Positions 35,841 through 49,888 of a DNA stretch of 64,000 nt are shown here, piece after piece. A program made the translations under genes and the position numbers. The notes under the pieces were generated by a model that worked only from the letters and a program-made list of their open reading frames with translations, searched no databases and was not told the origin of the DNA. How positions within the stretch are numbered: the first letter of the stretch is position 1; each line of letters begins with the position of its first letter. Source of the DNA: Burkholderiales bacterium (lineage in GTDB: Bacteria; Pseudomonadota; Gammaproteobacteria; Burkholderiales; SG8-39); contig JBFWWT010000006.1 in assembly GCA_050246035.1 (NCBI GenBank), positions 6,802-70,801 on the forward strand, in the 5' to 3' direction.

Positions 35841-37297
35841 AGCGGCGCATGTCCCGGCACGCGCCGGTGCCAGTCCGTGTCGCCCTGGAAGCGGTGCGCG
35901 GCGCCGAGCAGCCGGGCTTCGGCGAAATGCGGTCCCATGATCTGCAGCCCGACCGGCAAGCCCCTGCCGTCGAGGCCACAGGGCACCGATAGCGCCGGCA
36001 GCCCGGCGAGCGGCGCCGGAATGGTGAAGATGTCGTTCAGGTACATCTGCACGGGGTCGTCGATCTTCGCGCCGATCGCGAACGCGGTGGTGGGCGTGGT
36101 CGGGCCCATGATCAGGTCGCACTGCGCGAAGGCGGCGGCGAAGTCGCGCGCGATGAGGCGCCTGACCTGCTGCGCCTTCAGATAGTAGGCGTCGTAGTAG
36201 CCGTGCGAGAGCACGTAGGTGCCCACGAGGATGCGCCGCTTCACCTCCGTGCCGAACCCTTCCGCGCGGGTGCGGCGGTACATGTCGAGGAGGTCGGCAT
36301 ACTCGGCCGCACGGTGGCCGTAGCGCACGCCGTCGAAGCGCGACAGGTTGGACGACGCCTCGGCCGGCGCGATCACGTAGTAAACGGGCACCGCGAGCGC
36401 CGTGTTCGGCAGCTCGATCGGCACGGTGCGCGCGCCCTGCGACTCGAACCAGGCGATCGCGGCGCGCACCGCGGCGAGCACGCCCGGTTCCACGCCCTCG
36501 CCGAAGTACTCGCGCGGCAGGCCGATGCGCAGACCGCCGAGCGGCAGGTCCAGCTCGCGCGTGTAGTCCTCGACGGGCCGGCTCACGCTGGTCGAATCGC
36601 GCGCATCGTGTCCCGCCATGACATTGAGGAGCAGCGCCAGATCGGCCGCGCTCCTCGCGAGCGGACCGCCCTGGTCGAGCGACGAGGCGAAAGCGACCAT
36701 GCCGTAGCGCGACACCAGGCCGTAGGTCGGCTTCAGACCGCACACGCCCGCGAGCGCCGCCGGCTGGCGGATGGAGCCGCCGGTGTCCGTGCCGGTGGCT
36801 GCGGGGGCCATGCGCGCGGCCACGGCGACCGCCGATCCGCCGGAGGAGCCCCCGGGCACGAGGGCGGGGTTCCAGGGATTGCGCACGGGACCGAAGTACG
36901 AGGTCTCGTTGGACGAGCCCATGGCGAACTCGTCCATGTTCGTCTTGCCGAGGAGCACCGCGCCGGCTTGCGCGAAGCGCTCGATCACGTGCGCGTCGAA
37001 CGGGCTCGCGTAATGCTCGAGCATGCGCGAGCCGCAGGTGGTGCGCAGCTCGCGCGTGCAGAAGATGTCCTTGTGCGCGACCGGGATGCCCGTGAGCGGC
37101 CCCGCCTCGCCGCGGGCCCGTCGCTCGTCGGCGCGGCGGGCGTGCGCCAGGCTTATCTCCTCGTCCACGTGCAGGAAAGCGTTCAGGCCCTCGTTCAGGG
37201 CGGCGATACGCGCGAGGAACAGCCGCGTCAGCTCGAGCGCGGAGACCCGCTTCGAGGCGAGCGCCCGCTGCAGCTCCGCGAGACTTGCGTCGAGCAC
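35837..37297 (-). CDS. gatA: Glu-tRNA(Gln) amidotransferase subunit A
   Basis: Amidase signature [13 protein letters not shown]; 486 aa. Confidence 0.95.
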   Translation of the reverse strand: MLDASLAELQRALASKRVSALELTRLFLARIAALNEGLNAFLHVDEEISLAHARRADERRARGEAGPLTGIPVAHKDIFCTRELRTTCGSRMLEHYASPFDAHVIERFAQAGAVLLGKTNMDEFAMGSSNETSYFGPVRNPWNPALVPGGSSGGSAVAVAARMAPAATGTDTGGSIRQPAALAGVCGLKPTYGLVSRYGMVAFASSLDQGGPLARSAADLALLLNVMAGHDARDSTSVSRPVEDYTRELDLPLGGLRIGLPREYFGEGVEPGVLAAVRAAIAWFESQGARTVPIELPNTALAVPVYYVIAPAEASSNLSRFDGVRYGHRAAEYADLLDMYRRTRAEGFGTEVKRRILVGTYVLSHGYYDAYYLKAQQVRRLIARDFAAAFAQCDLIMGPTTPTTAFAIGAKIDDPVQMYLNDIFTIPAPLAGLPALSVPCGLDGRGLPVGLQIMGPHFAEARLLGAAHRFQGDTDWHRRVPGHAPL

Positions 37298-38766
<1,469 letters not shown>

Positions 38767-38801
38767 AGCGGGGGTGAAGGGCCCCCGATCCCTTCGCTGA
38801 C

Positions 38802-39719
38802 GTGGAGCACTCGCCCCCACCGTTCTTCCTGCGCGGGCCCGCTCCCCTCGTCCGGCTCGCGTTCTACGCGTCGCTCTCGCTCACGCTCCTCGTGCTGGAT
38901 GCGCGCTTCGGCTACGCCGAGTCGATCCGCGCCGTGCTCGCCTTCGTCGCCTACCCGGTACAGCAGGCCGCGCGCCTGCCCGTCCTCGCCGCCGAGGGCG
39001 TCGCGGGCTACTTCGCCACGCAGTCGCGCCTGCGCGAAGACAACGCCAATCTGCGCGCGCAGCTGCTCACCGCGTCGCTGGACGCGCAGCGCTTCGAGGC
39101 CGCGGAGGCCGAGGCCGCCAACCTGCGCCGGCTGATCGGCGCCGCGGAGCGATTGCCGCGCCAGTCGATTCCGGCGGAGATCCTGTACTCGGGACGCGAC
39201 CCTTACACGCGCAAGGTATTCGTCGACCGCGGCACGCAGCACGGCGTGCAGCCAGGCAGCCCCGTGGTGGACGAGGCCGGGGTGATCGGCCAGCTCACGC
39301 GCGCGCATGCCTTCCTGTCCGAGGTGACGCTGCTCACCGACAAGGGCCAGGCCATCCCGGTGCAGGTGCTGAGGAACGGCTTGCGCGCCATCGCGTTCGG
39401 CGACGGCGCCTCCGGCATGCTGGAGCTGCGCTACATGTCGGCCGACATCGACGTGGAAAGCGGCGACCTGCTCGTCACCTCGGGGCTGGACGGCACGTAT
39501 CCGCCGGGCCTGCCGGTAGGCCACGTCGTGCGCGTGGAGCGCGACGCCTCCTACACGTTCGCGCGCGTGCTGGCGCGGCCGGTGGCCGGGGTCGAGCGCG
39601 GCCGCTACGCGCTCGTGCTCTCGGCAGGGGCCCGCCGGCCCGAGCCGCCGGCGGCGGAAGGCGATACCAAGCGCGAGCGCACGCGGCGCTCGAAGCGGGC
39701 GGCGACCGATGGTTCCTGA
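38802..39719 (+). CDS. mreC: Rod shape-determining protein MreC
   Basis: PPPFF N-terminus and the position after mreB. Confidence 0.9.
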   Translation: MEHSPPPFFLRGPAPLVRLAFYASLSLTLLVLDARFGYAESIRAVLAFVAYPVQQAARLPVLAAEGVAGYFATQSRLREDNANLRAQLLTASLDAQRFEAAEAEAANLRRLIGAAERLPRQSIPAEILYSGRDPYTRKVFVDRGTQHGVQPGSPVVDEAGVIGQLTRAHAFLSEVTLLTDKGQAIPVQVLRNGLRAIAFGDGASGMLELRYMSADIDVESGDLLVTSGLDGTYPPGLPVGHVVRVERDASYTFARVLARPVAGVERGRYALVLSAGARRPEPPAAEGDTKRERTRRSKRAATDGS

Positions 39720-40227
39720 CCGCCCGCAGGCGCTCCTGCTGCCGGTGCGCACCGGCACGATCGTCGCGTCCTTCGCCGGCGCGCTCGTGCTCGCGTTCCT
39801 GCCGTGGCCGAACCTCGCGCTCACGCCGGACTTCGTGGCCCTGGTGATCGCTTTCTGGTGCGTGCACCAGCCTCGGCGCGTGGGCCTGGGCACGGCATGG
39901 GCGCTCGGCCTGCTCGTGGATGCCGGCAACGGCGTGCTGCTCGGGCAGCACGCCCTCGCCTACTCGGCGCTCGCATTCGCCGCGCTCGCGCTTTCGCGCC
40001 GCATCCTCTGGTTCGATCTCTGGGGGCAGATGCTGCACCTGCTGTTCCTGCTCGAGGGCGCGCAGGCCGTGGCGCTCGGCGTGCGCCTCGCCGCCGGCGA
40101 GGCGTTCCCCGGATGGTCGCTCGCAGCGGGGCCCGCGATCGCGACGCTGCTCTGGCCGATCGTGACCTGGCTGCTGCTGCTGCCGCAGCGCCGGCCGGCG
40201 GCACTGGACGACCGCGGCGCGCTGTGA
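39709..40227 (+). CDS. mreD: Rod shape-determining protein MreD
   Basis: 172-aa polytopic protein located between mreC and mrdA. Confidence 0.85.
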   Translation: MVPDRPQALLLPVRTGTIVASFAGALVLAFLPWPNLALTPDFVALVIAFWCVHQPRRVGLGTAWALGLLVDAGNGVLLGQHALAYSALAFAALALSRRILWFDLWGQMLHLLFLLEGAQAVALGVRLAAGEAFPGWSLAAGPAIATLLWPIVTWLLLLPQRRPAALDDRGAL

Positions 40228-42137
40228 GCTTCGCCGAGCTGCGCAACACCGAGCGCGAGCTGTACGCCTTCCGGCTGCGCCTGGGCGTGGCCGGCATCGC
40301 GGTGCTCGTCGCCTTCGCGCTGCTGCTCGCGCGCTTCGTGTGGCTGCAGGTGCTGCAGCGCGACGCCTATCGCGCGAAGGCGGAGGAAAACCGCATCGCC
40401 ATCGTGCCGCTCGCGCCCAGCCGCGGGCTGGTGCTCGACCGCAACGGCGAGGTGCTGGCGCGCAACTATCTCGCCTACACGCTCGAGATCTTTCCGGCGC
40501 AGGTGCGCGACCTGGAGGCGACGATCGCCGCGCTCGCCGAGTTCGTCGACATCCAGCCGCGCGATCGCGCGCGCTTTCGCAAGCTCCTCCAGGAAACGCG
40601 CAACGCCGAGAGCCTGCCGATCCGCACGCGACTCTCGGACGACGAGGTGGCGCGCATCGCCGCCAACCGCTGGCGCTTCAGGGGCGTCGACATCCGCGCG
40701 CGGCTGTTCCGCCAGTACCCGTACGGGGAAACCGCTTCGCACGTCATCGGCTACATCGGCCGCATCACCACGAACGACCTCGAGCAGATGGAGGAGTCGC
40801 AGACGGCCGCCAACTACCGCGGCACCGACTACATCGGCAAGGCGGGCATCGAGGCGAGCTACGAAGCGCAGCTGCACGGCATCACCGGCTTCGAGCGCGT
40901 GGAGATCGACGCCGCCGGCCGCGGCATCCGCACGCTGTCGAGCACCCCCGCGCAGGCGGGCAACAACATCAGCCTCACGCTCGACATCCGCCTGCAGGAG
41001 ATCGCCGAGCGCGCCTTCGGCGAGCGGCGCGGCGCCCTCGTGGCGCTGGAGCCCGCCACCGGCGCCGTGCTCGCGTTCGTCTCCATGCCCGGCTACGACC
41101 CGAATCTCTTCGTCGACGGCATCGACCCGCAGGCCTGGGAAGCGCTCGTCGGATCGCCGGACCGCCCGCTCAACAACCGCGCGCTCGCGGGCCTGTATCC
41201 GCCGGGCTCGACCTTCAAGCCGTTCATGGCGCTCGCCGCGCTCGAGCTCGGCAAGCGCACGGCGCGCTTCGCCATCCAGGACCCGGGCTACTTCGTGTTC
41301 GGCGACCGGCGCTTTCGCGACTCCAAGCCGGGCGGCCACGGCACGGTGGACCTGTACAAGTCGATCGTCCTGTCCTCGGATACCTACTACTACATGCTCG
41401 CCAACGACATGGGCATCGAGGCGATCGCGGGATTCATGAAGCGCTTCGGCTTCGGCGCGCGCACCGGCATCGACCTCGAGGGCGAGCTCGCCGGCGTGCT
41501 GCCCTCGCCCGAGTGGAAGCTCGCACGCTACTCGCGCCCCGAGCAGCAGCGCTGGTACGCCGGCGAGACGATCTCCATCGGCATCGGCCAGGGCTACAAC
41601 GCCTACACGCCGCTGCAGCTGGCGCAGGCGCTCGCCACGCTCGCCAACAGCGGCGCGATGTACCGGCCGCACCTGGTCTCGCACATCGACGACCCGCGCA
41701 CCGGCGAGCGCGACTACGTCGAGCCGGAGCTGGTGCGGCGCGTGCCGCTGCGCGCCGACCACGTCGCCCTGGTGAAGCAGGCCATGGCCGGCGTGAACCT
41801 CGAGGGCACCGCGCGCTGGGCGTTCAGCGGCGCGCAGTACACGAGCGGAGGCAAGACCGGCACCGCGCAGGTCTTCGGCATGAAGGCGGGCGAGAAGTAC
41901 GAGGAGGAGAAGGTCGCCGAGCGGCTGCGCGACCATTCGCTGTACATCGGCTTCGCGCCGCTGGACAGCCCGAAGATCGCGCTCGCCGTGCTGGTCGAGA
42001 ACGGCGGCTTCGGCGCGCGAGCGGCGGCGCCCATCGCGCGCACCGTGCTCGACTACTTCCTGCTCGGCAAGCTGCCGCGCGAGCCGCAGCGGGCCACCCC
42101 GGAAGCCGAGGTGGCGAGCGACGCGGAGAGCGACTGA
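40224..42137 (+). CDS. mrdA: Penicillin-binding protein 2 (elongasome transpeptidase)
   Basis: STFK, SSD and KTGTA motifs are present. The GTG start overlaps the mreD stop. Confidence 0.9.
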   Translation: MSFAELRNTERELYAFRLRLGVAGIAVLVAFALLLARFVWLQVLQRDAYRAKAEENRIAIVPLAPSRGLVLDRNGEVLARNYLAYTLEIFPAQVRDLEATIAALAEFVDIQPRDRARFRKLLQETRNAESLPIRTRLSDDEVARIAANRWRFRGVDIRARLFRQYPYGETASHVIGYIGRITTNDLEQMEESQTAANYRGTDYIGKAGIEASYEAQLHGITGFERVEIDAAGRGIRTLSSTPAQAGNNISLTLDIRLQEIAERAFGERRGALVALEPATGAVLAFVSMPGYDPNLFVDGIDPQAWEALVGSPDRPLNNRALAGLYPPGSTFKPFMALAALELGKRTARFAIQDPGYFVFGDRRFRDSKPGGHGTVDLYKSIVLSSDTYYYMLANDMGIEAIAGFMKRFGFGARTGIDLEGELAGVLPSPEWKLARYSRPEQQRWYAGETISIGIGQGYNAYTPLQLAQALATLANSGAMYRPHLVSHIDDPRTGERDYVEPELVRRVPLRADHVALVKQAMAGVNLEGTARWAFSGAQYTSGGKTGTAQVFGMKAGEKYEEEKVAERLRDHSLYIGFAPLDSPKIALAVLVENGGFGARAAAPIARTVLDYFLLGKLPREPQRATPEAEVASDAESD

Positions 42138-43249
42138 TGGAGATCGCCGGCTACCCCCTGCGCCGTCTGCGCGCGCGCCTGGTCGAGGGCATCGATGCGC
42201 CGCTGCTCGCGCTGGCGCTGCTGCTCAGCCTCGTCGGCCTCGCGGTGCTGTACTCGGCGAGCTACGAGAACGCCGCGCGTGTCCTCGCCCAGGTCGCCAA
42301 CCTGGCGGTGGCGCTCGCCGCGATGTGGGCGGTGGCGCAGGTGCCGCCGCAGACGCTCGCGCGCCTCGCGGCGCCGGCGTACGCCCTGGGTCTCGCGCTG
42401 CTCGTCGCGGTGGCGCTGGGCGGCGAGGTGGTGAACGGCGCGCGCCGCTGGCTCAACCTCGGCGTCGTGCGCTTCCAGCCCTCGGAGATGATGAAAATCG
42501 CCGTCCCGATGATGCTCGCGTGGTACTTCCACTGCCGCGAGGGGGCCACGCGCCTTCGCGACTTCGCGCTCGCCGGGGGGCTGCTCGCCCTGCCCGTGGC
42601 GCTCATCGTGCGCCAGCCCGATCTCGGTACCGCGGTGCTGGTCGCGGCGGCGGGCTTCTACGTCATCTACTTCGCCGGCATCGGCTGGAAGGTGCTCGCG
42701 GTGCTCGGCGGGCTCGCGGCCGCGAGCGCCCCGCCGCTCTGGGGACTGCTGCACGACTACCAGCGGCGCCGCATCCTCACCCTGCTCGATCCGTCCCAGG
42801 ACCCGCTCGGCGCGGGCTACCACATCATCCAGTCGACCATCGCCGTGGGCTCGGGCGGCATCGCGGGCAAGGGCTGGCTGAACGGCTCGCAGACGCACCT
42901 CGAGTTCATCCCGGAGCGCCACACCGACTTCATCTTCGCCGTCTATTCGGAAGAGTTCGGCCTGCTCGGCAACATCGTCCTGCTCGCGCTGTACGCGTTG
43001 CTCGTCGCGCGCGGGCTGTCGATCGCCGCGCAGGCGGCGACGCTCTTCGCGCGGCTGCTCGCGGGCGCCGTGACGCTCGTGTTCTTCACCTACGCCTTCG
43101 TCAACATGGGGATGGTCTCGGGCATCCTGCCGGTCGTGGGCGTGCCGCTGCCCTTCATTTCCTATGGCGGCACCGCCCTGCTGACGCTGTATATCGGCAT
43201 CGGCCTGCTGATGAGCATTCATCGCAATCGACGGCTCGTGCCGGCCTGA
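42137..43249 (+). CDS. rodA: SEDS glycosyltransferase RodA
   Basis: 370-aa FtsW/RodA family sequence. The ATG overlaps the mrdA stop. Confidence 0.9.
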   Translation: MEIAGYPLRRLRARLVEGIDAPLLALALLLSLVGLAVLYSASYENAARVLAQVANLAVALAAMWAVAQVPPQTLARLAAPAYALGLALLVAVALGGEVVNGARRWLNLGVVRFQPSEMMKIAVPMMLAWYFHCREGATRLRDFALAGGLLALPVALIVRQPDLGTAVLVAAAGFYVIYFAGIGWKVLAVLGGLAAASAPPLWGLLHDYQRRRILTLLDPSQDPLGAGYHIIQSTIAVGSGGIAGKGWLNGSQTHLEFIPERHTDFIFAVYSEEFGLLGNIVLLALYALLVARGLSIAAQAATLFARLLAGAVTLVFFTYAFVNMGMVSGILPVVGVPLPFISYGGTALLTLYIGIGLLMSIHRNRRLVPA

Positions 43250-43426
43250 TTTGATGCATAGCAGCAGTTGCATGAAATCAGCCACCGTATGGTGAAATCA
43301 ACACGCGCTAACCCCCTGTAGCGCCTTGTTTAAGTTGGCATTCGGGGCTCGCGGCGTATCCTTGCTGCGACGCAGCGGCTTGGCTATCGTCGACGGAACC
43401 TCAACCCACCCCGGAGACACTACGCC

Positions 43427-44737
<1,311 letters not shown>

Positions 44738-44738
44738 T

Positions 44739-46508
44739 GTGACGGCGCCGGCGAAGGTCGTTGCCATCCACGAGGCCCGCGGCGAGCGGGCCGCGGAGGT
44801 GGCGCGCGCGATCCTCGCCGGCTTCGACAAGCACTACCGGCTGTTCCGCGAGGCCTCGGCGCGCGCGAAGACGCTCTTCGAGCGCGCCGACTGGGCGGCG
44901 CTGCGGCTGCTCGCGCGCGAGCGCATCCAGATGTACGACCAGCGCGTGCTCGAGGCGGTGGAGGAGGTGCGCGCGCGCTTCCCCGAAGCCGAGCGCGACG
45001 AGTCGCTGTGGCGCGCGGTCAAGCTCGCGTATATCCCGCTCCTGCACGAGCACAAGCAGCCCGAGTGCGCCGAGACCTTCTACAACTCGGTGGCCTGCGC
45101 CGTGCTGCACCGTCGCTACTACCGCAACGAGTTCATCTTCTGGCGGCCGGCGGTGGCCACCGAGCACCTGGAGGGCGAGGAACCCGCTTACCGCAGCTAT
45201 TACCCGCTGAGGAAGGGCCTGCGCCGCACGCTGCGCGCCATCGTGCAGGGCTTCGGCCTCGCCAACCCCTGGGAGGATCTGCCGCGCGACCTGAGGAGCG
45301 TCGTGCGCGCGCTGCGCCAGCGTTTCCCGCGCCCGACGCGCGCGCGGCCCAGCCTGCAGATCCAGATGCTGGGCTCGCTCTTTTTCCGCAACAAGGCCGC
45401 CTACGCGGTGGGCCGGATCGTGAACGGCTCGGAGGAGGTGCCCTTCGCGGTGCCGATCCTGCAGAACGAGCGCGGCGAGCTCTACCTCGACGCCCTGCTG
45501 CTCGACACTGACCGGCTGCTGGTGCTCTTTTCCTTCGCGCGCGCCTACTTCTTCGTCGACATGGAGGTGCCGGCCGCGTACGTGTCGTTCCTGCGCCTGC
45601 TCATGCCGAGGAAGCCGCGCGCCGAGATGTACATGGCGGTGGGCCTCGCCAAGCAGGGCAAGACGCTCTTCTACCGAGACCTCTTCTATCACCTGAAGCA
45701 TTCCTCGGACCGCTTCGTCGTCGCCCCCGGCATTCGCGGCATGGTGATGCTCGTGTTCACGCTGCCGTCGTTTCCCTACGTGTTCAAGCTGATCCGCGAC
45801 CGCTTCGCGCCGCCCAAGGACATCGACCGGCAGACGGTGAAGGACAAGTACCAGCTGGTGAAGATGCACGACCGCGTCGGGCGCATGGCCGACACCCTGG
45901 AGTACTCCCTGGTCGCGCTGCCGCTCGAGCGCTTCGACGAAGCCTTGCTCGAGGAGCTGAAGGCCGAGGCCGCCTCCGGCATCGAGTTCGAGGGCGACAA
46001 GATCGTCTTCCGGCACGTCTACATCGAGCGCCGCATGCAGCCGCTCAACCTCTACCTCGCCGAGGCCGCGGCCGACGGCGACGCCGCGCGCGTGCGCGCC
46101 GCGCTGCACGAGTACGGCGACGCCATCAAGGAGCTGGCCGGCGCCGGCATCTTTCCCGGCGACATGCTGCTCAAGAACTTCGGCGTCACGCGCCACGAGC
46201 GCGTCGTCTTCTACGACTACGACGAGATCGCGGACATGGCCGAGTGCAATTTCCGCCGCATCCCGCCGCCGCGCTCGATCGAGGACGAGATGTCGGCGGA
46301 GCCCTACTACTCGGTGGGCCCGCACGACGTGTTTCCCGAGCAGTTCGCGAGCTTCCTCGTCACCGAGCCGCGCGCGCGCGCGGTGTTCCTGGAGAAGCAC
46401 GCCGACCTCATGGACCCGGCGTTCTGGACGGGCAGGCAGGCGCGGCTGCGCGCCGGGCTGCAGGAAGACGTCTTTCCCTACCCGGAGGCGATCCGCTTCA
46501 GGCGCTAG
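44739..46508 (+). CDS. aceK: Isocitrate dehydrogenase kinase/phosphatase
   Basis: 589-aa AceK-like sequence immediately after aceA. Confidence 0.9.
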   Translation: MTAPAKVVAIHEARGERAAEVARAILAGFDKHYRLFREASARAKTLFERADWAALRLLARERIQMYDQRVLEAVEEVRARFPEAERDESLWRAVKLAYIPLLHEHKQPECAETFYNSVACAVLHRRYYRNEFIFWRPAVATEHLEGEEPAYRSYYPLRKGLRRTLRAIVQGFGLANPWEDLPRDLRSVVRALRQRFPRPTRARPSLQIQMLGSLFFRNKAAYAVGRIVNGSEEVPFAVPILQNERGELYLDALLLDTDRLLVLFSFARAYFFVDMEVPAAYVSFLRLLMPRKPRAEMYMAVGLAKQGKTLFYRDLFYHLKHSSDRFVVAPGIRGMVMLVFTLPSFPYVFKLIRDRFAPPKDIDRQTVKDKYQLVKMHDRVGRMADTLEYSLVALPLERFDEALLEELKAEAASGIEFEGDKIVFRHVYIERRMQPLNLYLAEAAADGDAARVRAALHEYGDAIKELAGAGIFPGDMLLKNFGVTRHERVVFYDYDEIADMAECNFRRIPPPRSIEDEMSAEPYYSVGPHDVFPEQFASFLVTEPRARAVFLEKHADLMDPAFWTGRQARLRAGLQEDVFPYPEAIRFRR

Positions 46509-46725
46509 GCGACTCGATCACCACGCGCTTGCGGCGGGACTTCAGCCCCGCTTCGATGCGCACGCAGCGCCTGGGCACGCCGTAGTGCGCGGCGAGAAAC
46601 TCCACCAGCGCCTCGTTCGCCTTGCCGTCCACCGCGCGCGCCGCGAGGCGCAGCTTCACGCGCTCGCCGTGCATGCCGGCGAACTCCGTGCGCGAGGCGC
46701 CCGGCTGCACGTGCAGCTCGAGCAC
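46498..46725 (-). CDS. yggU: DUF167 (YggU) family protein; start uncertain
   Basis: LELHVQPGASRTEF...AVDGKANEALVEFLA. No ATG in the frame; the GTG at 46725 gives the minimal version. Confidence 0.6.
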   Translation of the reverse strand: MLELHVQPGASRTEFAGMHGERVKLRLAARAVDGKANEALVEFLAAHYGVPRRCVRIEAGLKSRRKRVVIESPSA

Positions 46726-46736
46726 CGTGCGGCCGC

Positions 46737-47288
46737 TCAGAGCGCGCCCCAGGCCGCCGTGCGCAGGTGCGCGAGCACGATGAGCGCCACCTGCGCGAGC
46801 ACGAGCAGCACGAGCGGCGACAGGTCCACGCGCCCCAACAGCGGCACGACGCGGCGGATCGGGCGCAGGAACGGGCGCGTGATGGCATCGAACAGATAGG
46901 CGACGGGCGAACCCGGATTCACCCAGGACAGCACCACCATCACGATCACGGCGAACACCAGGATGTACAGGCTGTAGCGCACGAGGTCGAAGGCGGCAGC
47001 CGCGAACACGAGCGCCGAGGCGCCGCCGCCCGCGAGGGCGAATAGCAGCGTAAGCGCGAGCGCCTGCAGCAGCCAGGCGGCGACCAGCGTGGCGAGATCC
47101 AGGCCGGCGGCCGGCGGCACCAGGCGCCGCGCCGGCAGCACGATCCAGTTGGTCACCGCGATCAGGAACTCGCCGACCGGGTTGCGGAAAGGCACGCGCA
47201 GCCACTGGAAGTGAAAGCGCGCGAGCAGGCAGAAGACGAGGAAGCTGCCGACGACGTCGACGAGGAACTGGCCGATCTGGACGAGCAT
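46737..47288 (-). CDS. yggT: YggT-family membrane protein
   Basis: 183-aa duplicated YGGT-type TM repeats, placed between proC and yggU. Confidence 0.8.
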   Translation of the reverse strand: MLVQIGQFLVDVVGSFLVFCLLARFHFQWLRVPFRNPVGEFLIAVTNWIVLPARRLVPPAAGLDLATLVAAWLLQALALTLLFALAGGGASALVFAAAAFDLVRYSLYILVFAVIVMVVLSWVNPGSPVAYLFDAITRPFLRPIRRVVPLLGRVDLSPLVLLVLAQVALIVLAHLRTAAWGAL

Positions 47289-48100
47289 CAGTCGCGCCCG
47301 AGCTCGTCGCCCAGCTGCGCGCCGCGCCGGCTCGCCGCCGCCACCGCGCGGCGGAAATGCGCGGCGAGGCGCGCCTCGGCGAACACCTCGAGCGCGGCGG
47401 CGGTCGTGCCGCCCTTCGAGGTCACGCGCTCGCGCAGCAGCGCGGGCGCCTCCGGGCTCGAGGCCGCGAGCTTCGCCGCGCCGAGCGTGGTCTCGAGCGC
47501 GAGCCGGCGCGCCACGTCCGCCGGCAGTCCGAGCTCGAGCGCCGCGGCCTCCAGCTGCTCGATGAACCAGAAGACGTAGGCGGGGCCGCTCGCCGAGACC
47601 GCGGTCACGGGGTCGAGCAGCGCCTCGCGCTTCACCCAGACGACTTCGCCCACGGCCGAGAGAATACGCGCGGCGCGGCGCCGGTCCGCGGCCCGCGCCC
47701 CGGGCGGCGCGAACAGGCCGGCGATGCCCGCGCCGATGAGCGCGGGAGTGTTCGGCATGCAGCGCACGATGCGCGGGTGCCCGCCCAGCCAGCGCGCGAG
47801 GTCCTTGACGCGGATGCCGGCGGCGACGCTGACCACGAGCTTGCCGCGCGCCCGCCCGGCGAGGGCCGCTGCGGCCGCACGCATGTCCTGGGGCTTCACC
47901 GCGAGCACCACGGTATCGGCCGCCGCGGTGCGCGCGTCCGGCGCGGCGCTCGCGTGCACCTTGAATTTCGCCGCCAGGCGGCGCCGCGCGGCGGGCGATG
48001 CCTCGACGACCGAGATCGCGTGCGGCTTCATGCCCCGCGCGAGCAGGCCGCCGATCAGCGCGCTCGCCATGTTGCCGCCGCCGACGAAGGCGAGCTTCAC
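47288..48100 (-). CDS. proC: Pyrroline-5-carboxylate reductase
   Basis: MKLAFVGGGNMASALIGG Rossmann N-terminus and the SKGGTT motif. Confidence 0.9.
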   Translation of the reverse strand: MKLAFVGGGNMASALIGGLLARGMKPHAISVVEASPAARRRLAAKFKVHASAAPDARTAAADTVVLAVKPQDMRAAAAALAGRARGKLVVSVAAGIRVKDLARWLGGHPRIVRCMPNTPALIGAGIAGLFAPPGARAADRRRAARILSAVGEVVWVKREALLDPVTAVSASGPAYVFWFIEQLEAAALELGLPADVARRLALETTLGAAKLAASSPEAPALLRERVTSKGGTTAAALEVFAEARLAAHFRRAVAAASRRGAQLGDELGRD

Positions 48101-48783
48101 GCGGCGTCCCTGACCTTCGGCCGCGCGCCGAAGATCGCCGTGCCGATGCGCACCATGGTCGAGCCCGCGGCGATCGCGTCCTCGAGGTCTGCGCTCATGC
48201 CGAGCGACAGGGTGTCGAGGCCGAACTCCCCGCGCAGCCCCGCATACAGCTCGCCGATTTCGCGGTAGCGCGCCGCCGGCGCGCCCGGCTCGGGGATCGC
48301 CATCAGGCCGCGCAGGCGCAGCGTCGGCAACCCGGCGATCGCCGACGCGAGCGCGCGCACCGCGCCCGGCGCGACGCCGCTCTTCGAGGCCTCGCCCGAG
48401 GCGTTCACCTGGATGAGGACGTTGAGCGGCGCCATCCCGGCGGGCCGCTGCTCCGCGAGCCGGCGCGCGACTTTTTCACGCTCCACGCTGTGCACCCACT
48501 GGAAGCGCTCGGCGGCCGCACGCGTCTTGTTGCTCTGAAGAGGGCCGAGGAGATGCCACTCGAGCGGCAGGTCGGCGAGCCGCGCCATCTTGTCGAGCGC
48601 CTCCTGCACGTAGTTCTCGCCGAAGGCGCGCTGCCCGGCGGCGAAGGCCTCGCGAATGCGCTCGGCAGCATGGGTCTTGGAGACCGCGAGCAGGCGCACC
48701 GCGCCGGGGTCGCGGCCCGCGGCGCGCTCGGCGGCCGCGATGCGCGCCCTGACTGCTTGCAAGTTATCGGGGATTAAGCCCAT
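48097..48783 (-). CDS. yggS: YggS-family pyridoxal-phosphate homeostasis protein
   Basis: LLAVSKTH PLP-Lys motif. 228 aa counted from the internal ATG at 48783. Confidence 0.9.
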   Translation of the reverse strand: MGLIPDNLQAVRARIAAAERAAGRDPGAVRLLAVSKTHAAERIREAFAAGQRAFGENYVQEALDKMARLADLPLEWHLLGPLQSNKTRAAAERFQWVHSVEREKVARRLAEQRPAGMAPLNVLIQVNASGEASKSGVAPGAVRALASAIAGLPTLRLRGLMAIPEPGAPAARYREIGELYAGLRGEFGLDTLSLGMSADLEDAIAAGSTMVRIGTAIFGARPKVRDAA

Positions 48784-48814
48784 ACTTTGCCCGTACGCAC
48801 CGCCGAGGATTGTA

Positions 48815-49858
<1,044 letters not shown>

Positions 49859-49888
49859 GGCCGCGGCCGCGCTCGAGGAGACCAGGCT

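Noticed and set aside
43250-43426. Sigma-54-like TGGCAT...GCT element and ATGCA/TGCAT short inverted repeat upstream of aceA
   Set aside because: The -12 element does not match TTGC at the correct spacing, and the inverted repeat is only 5 bp. Both are consistent with chance.
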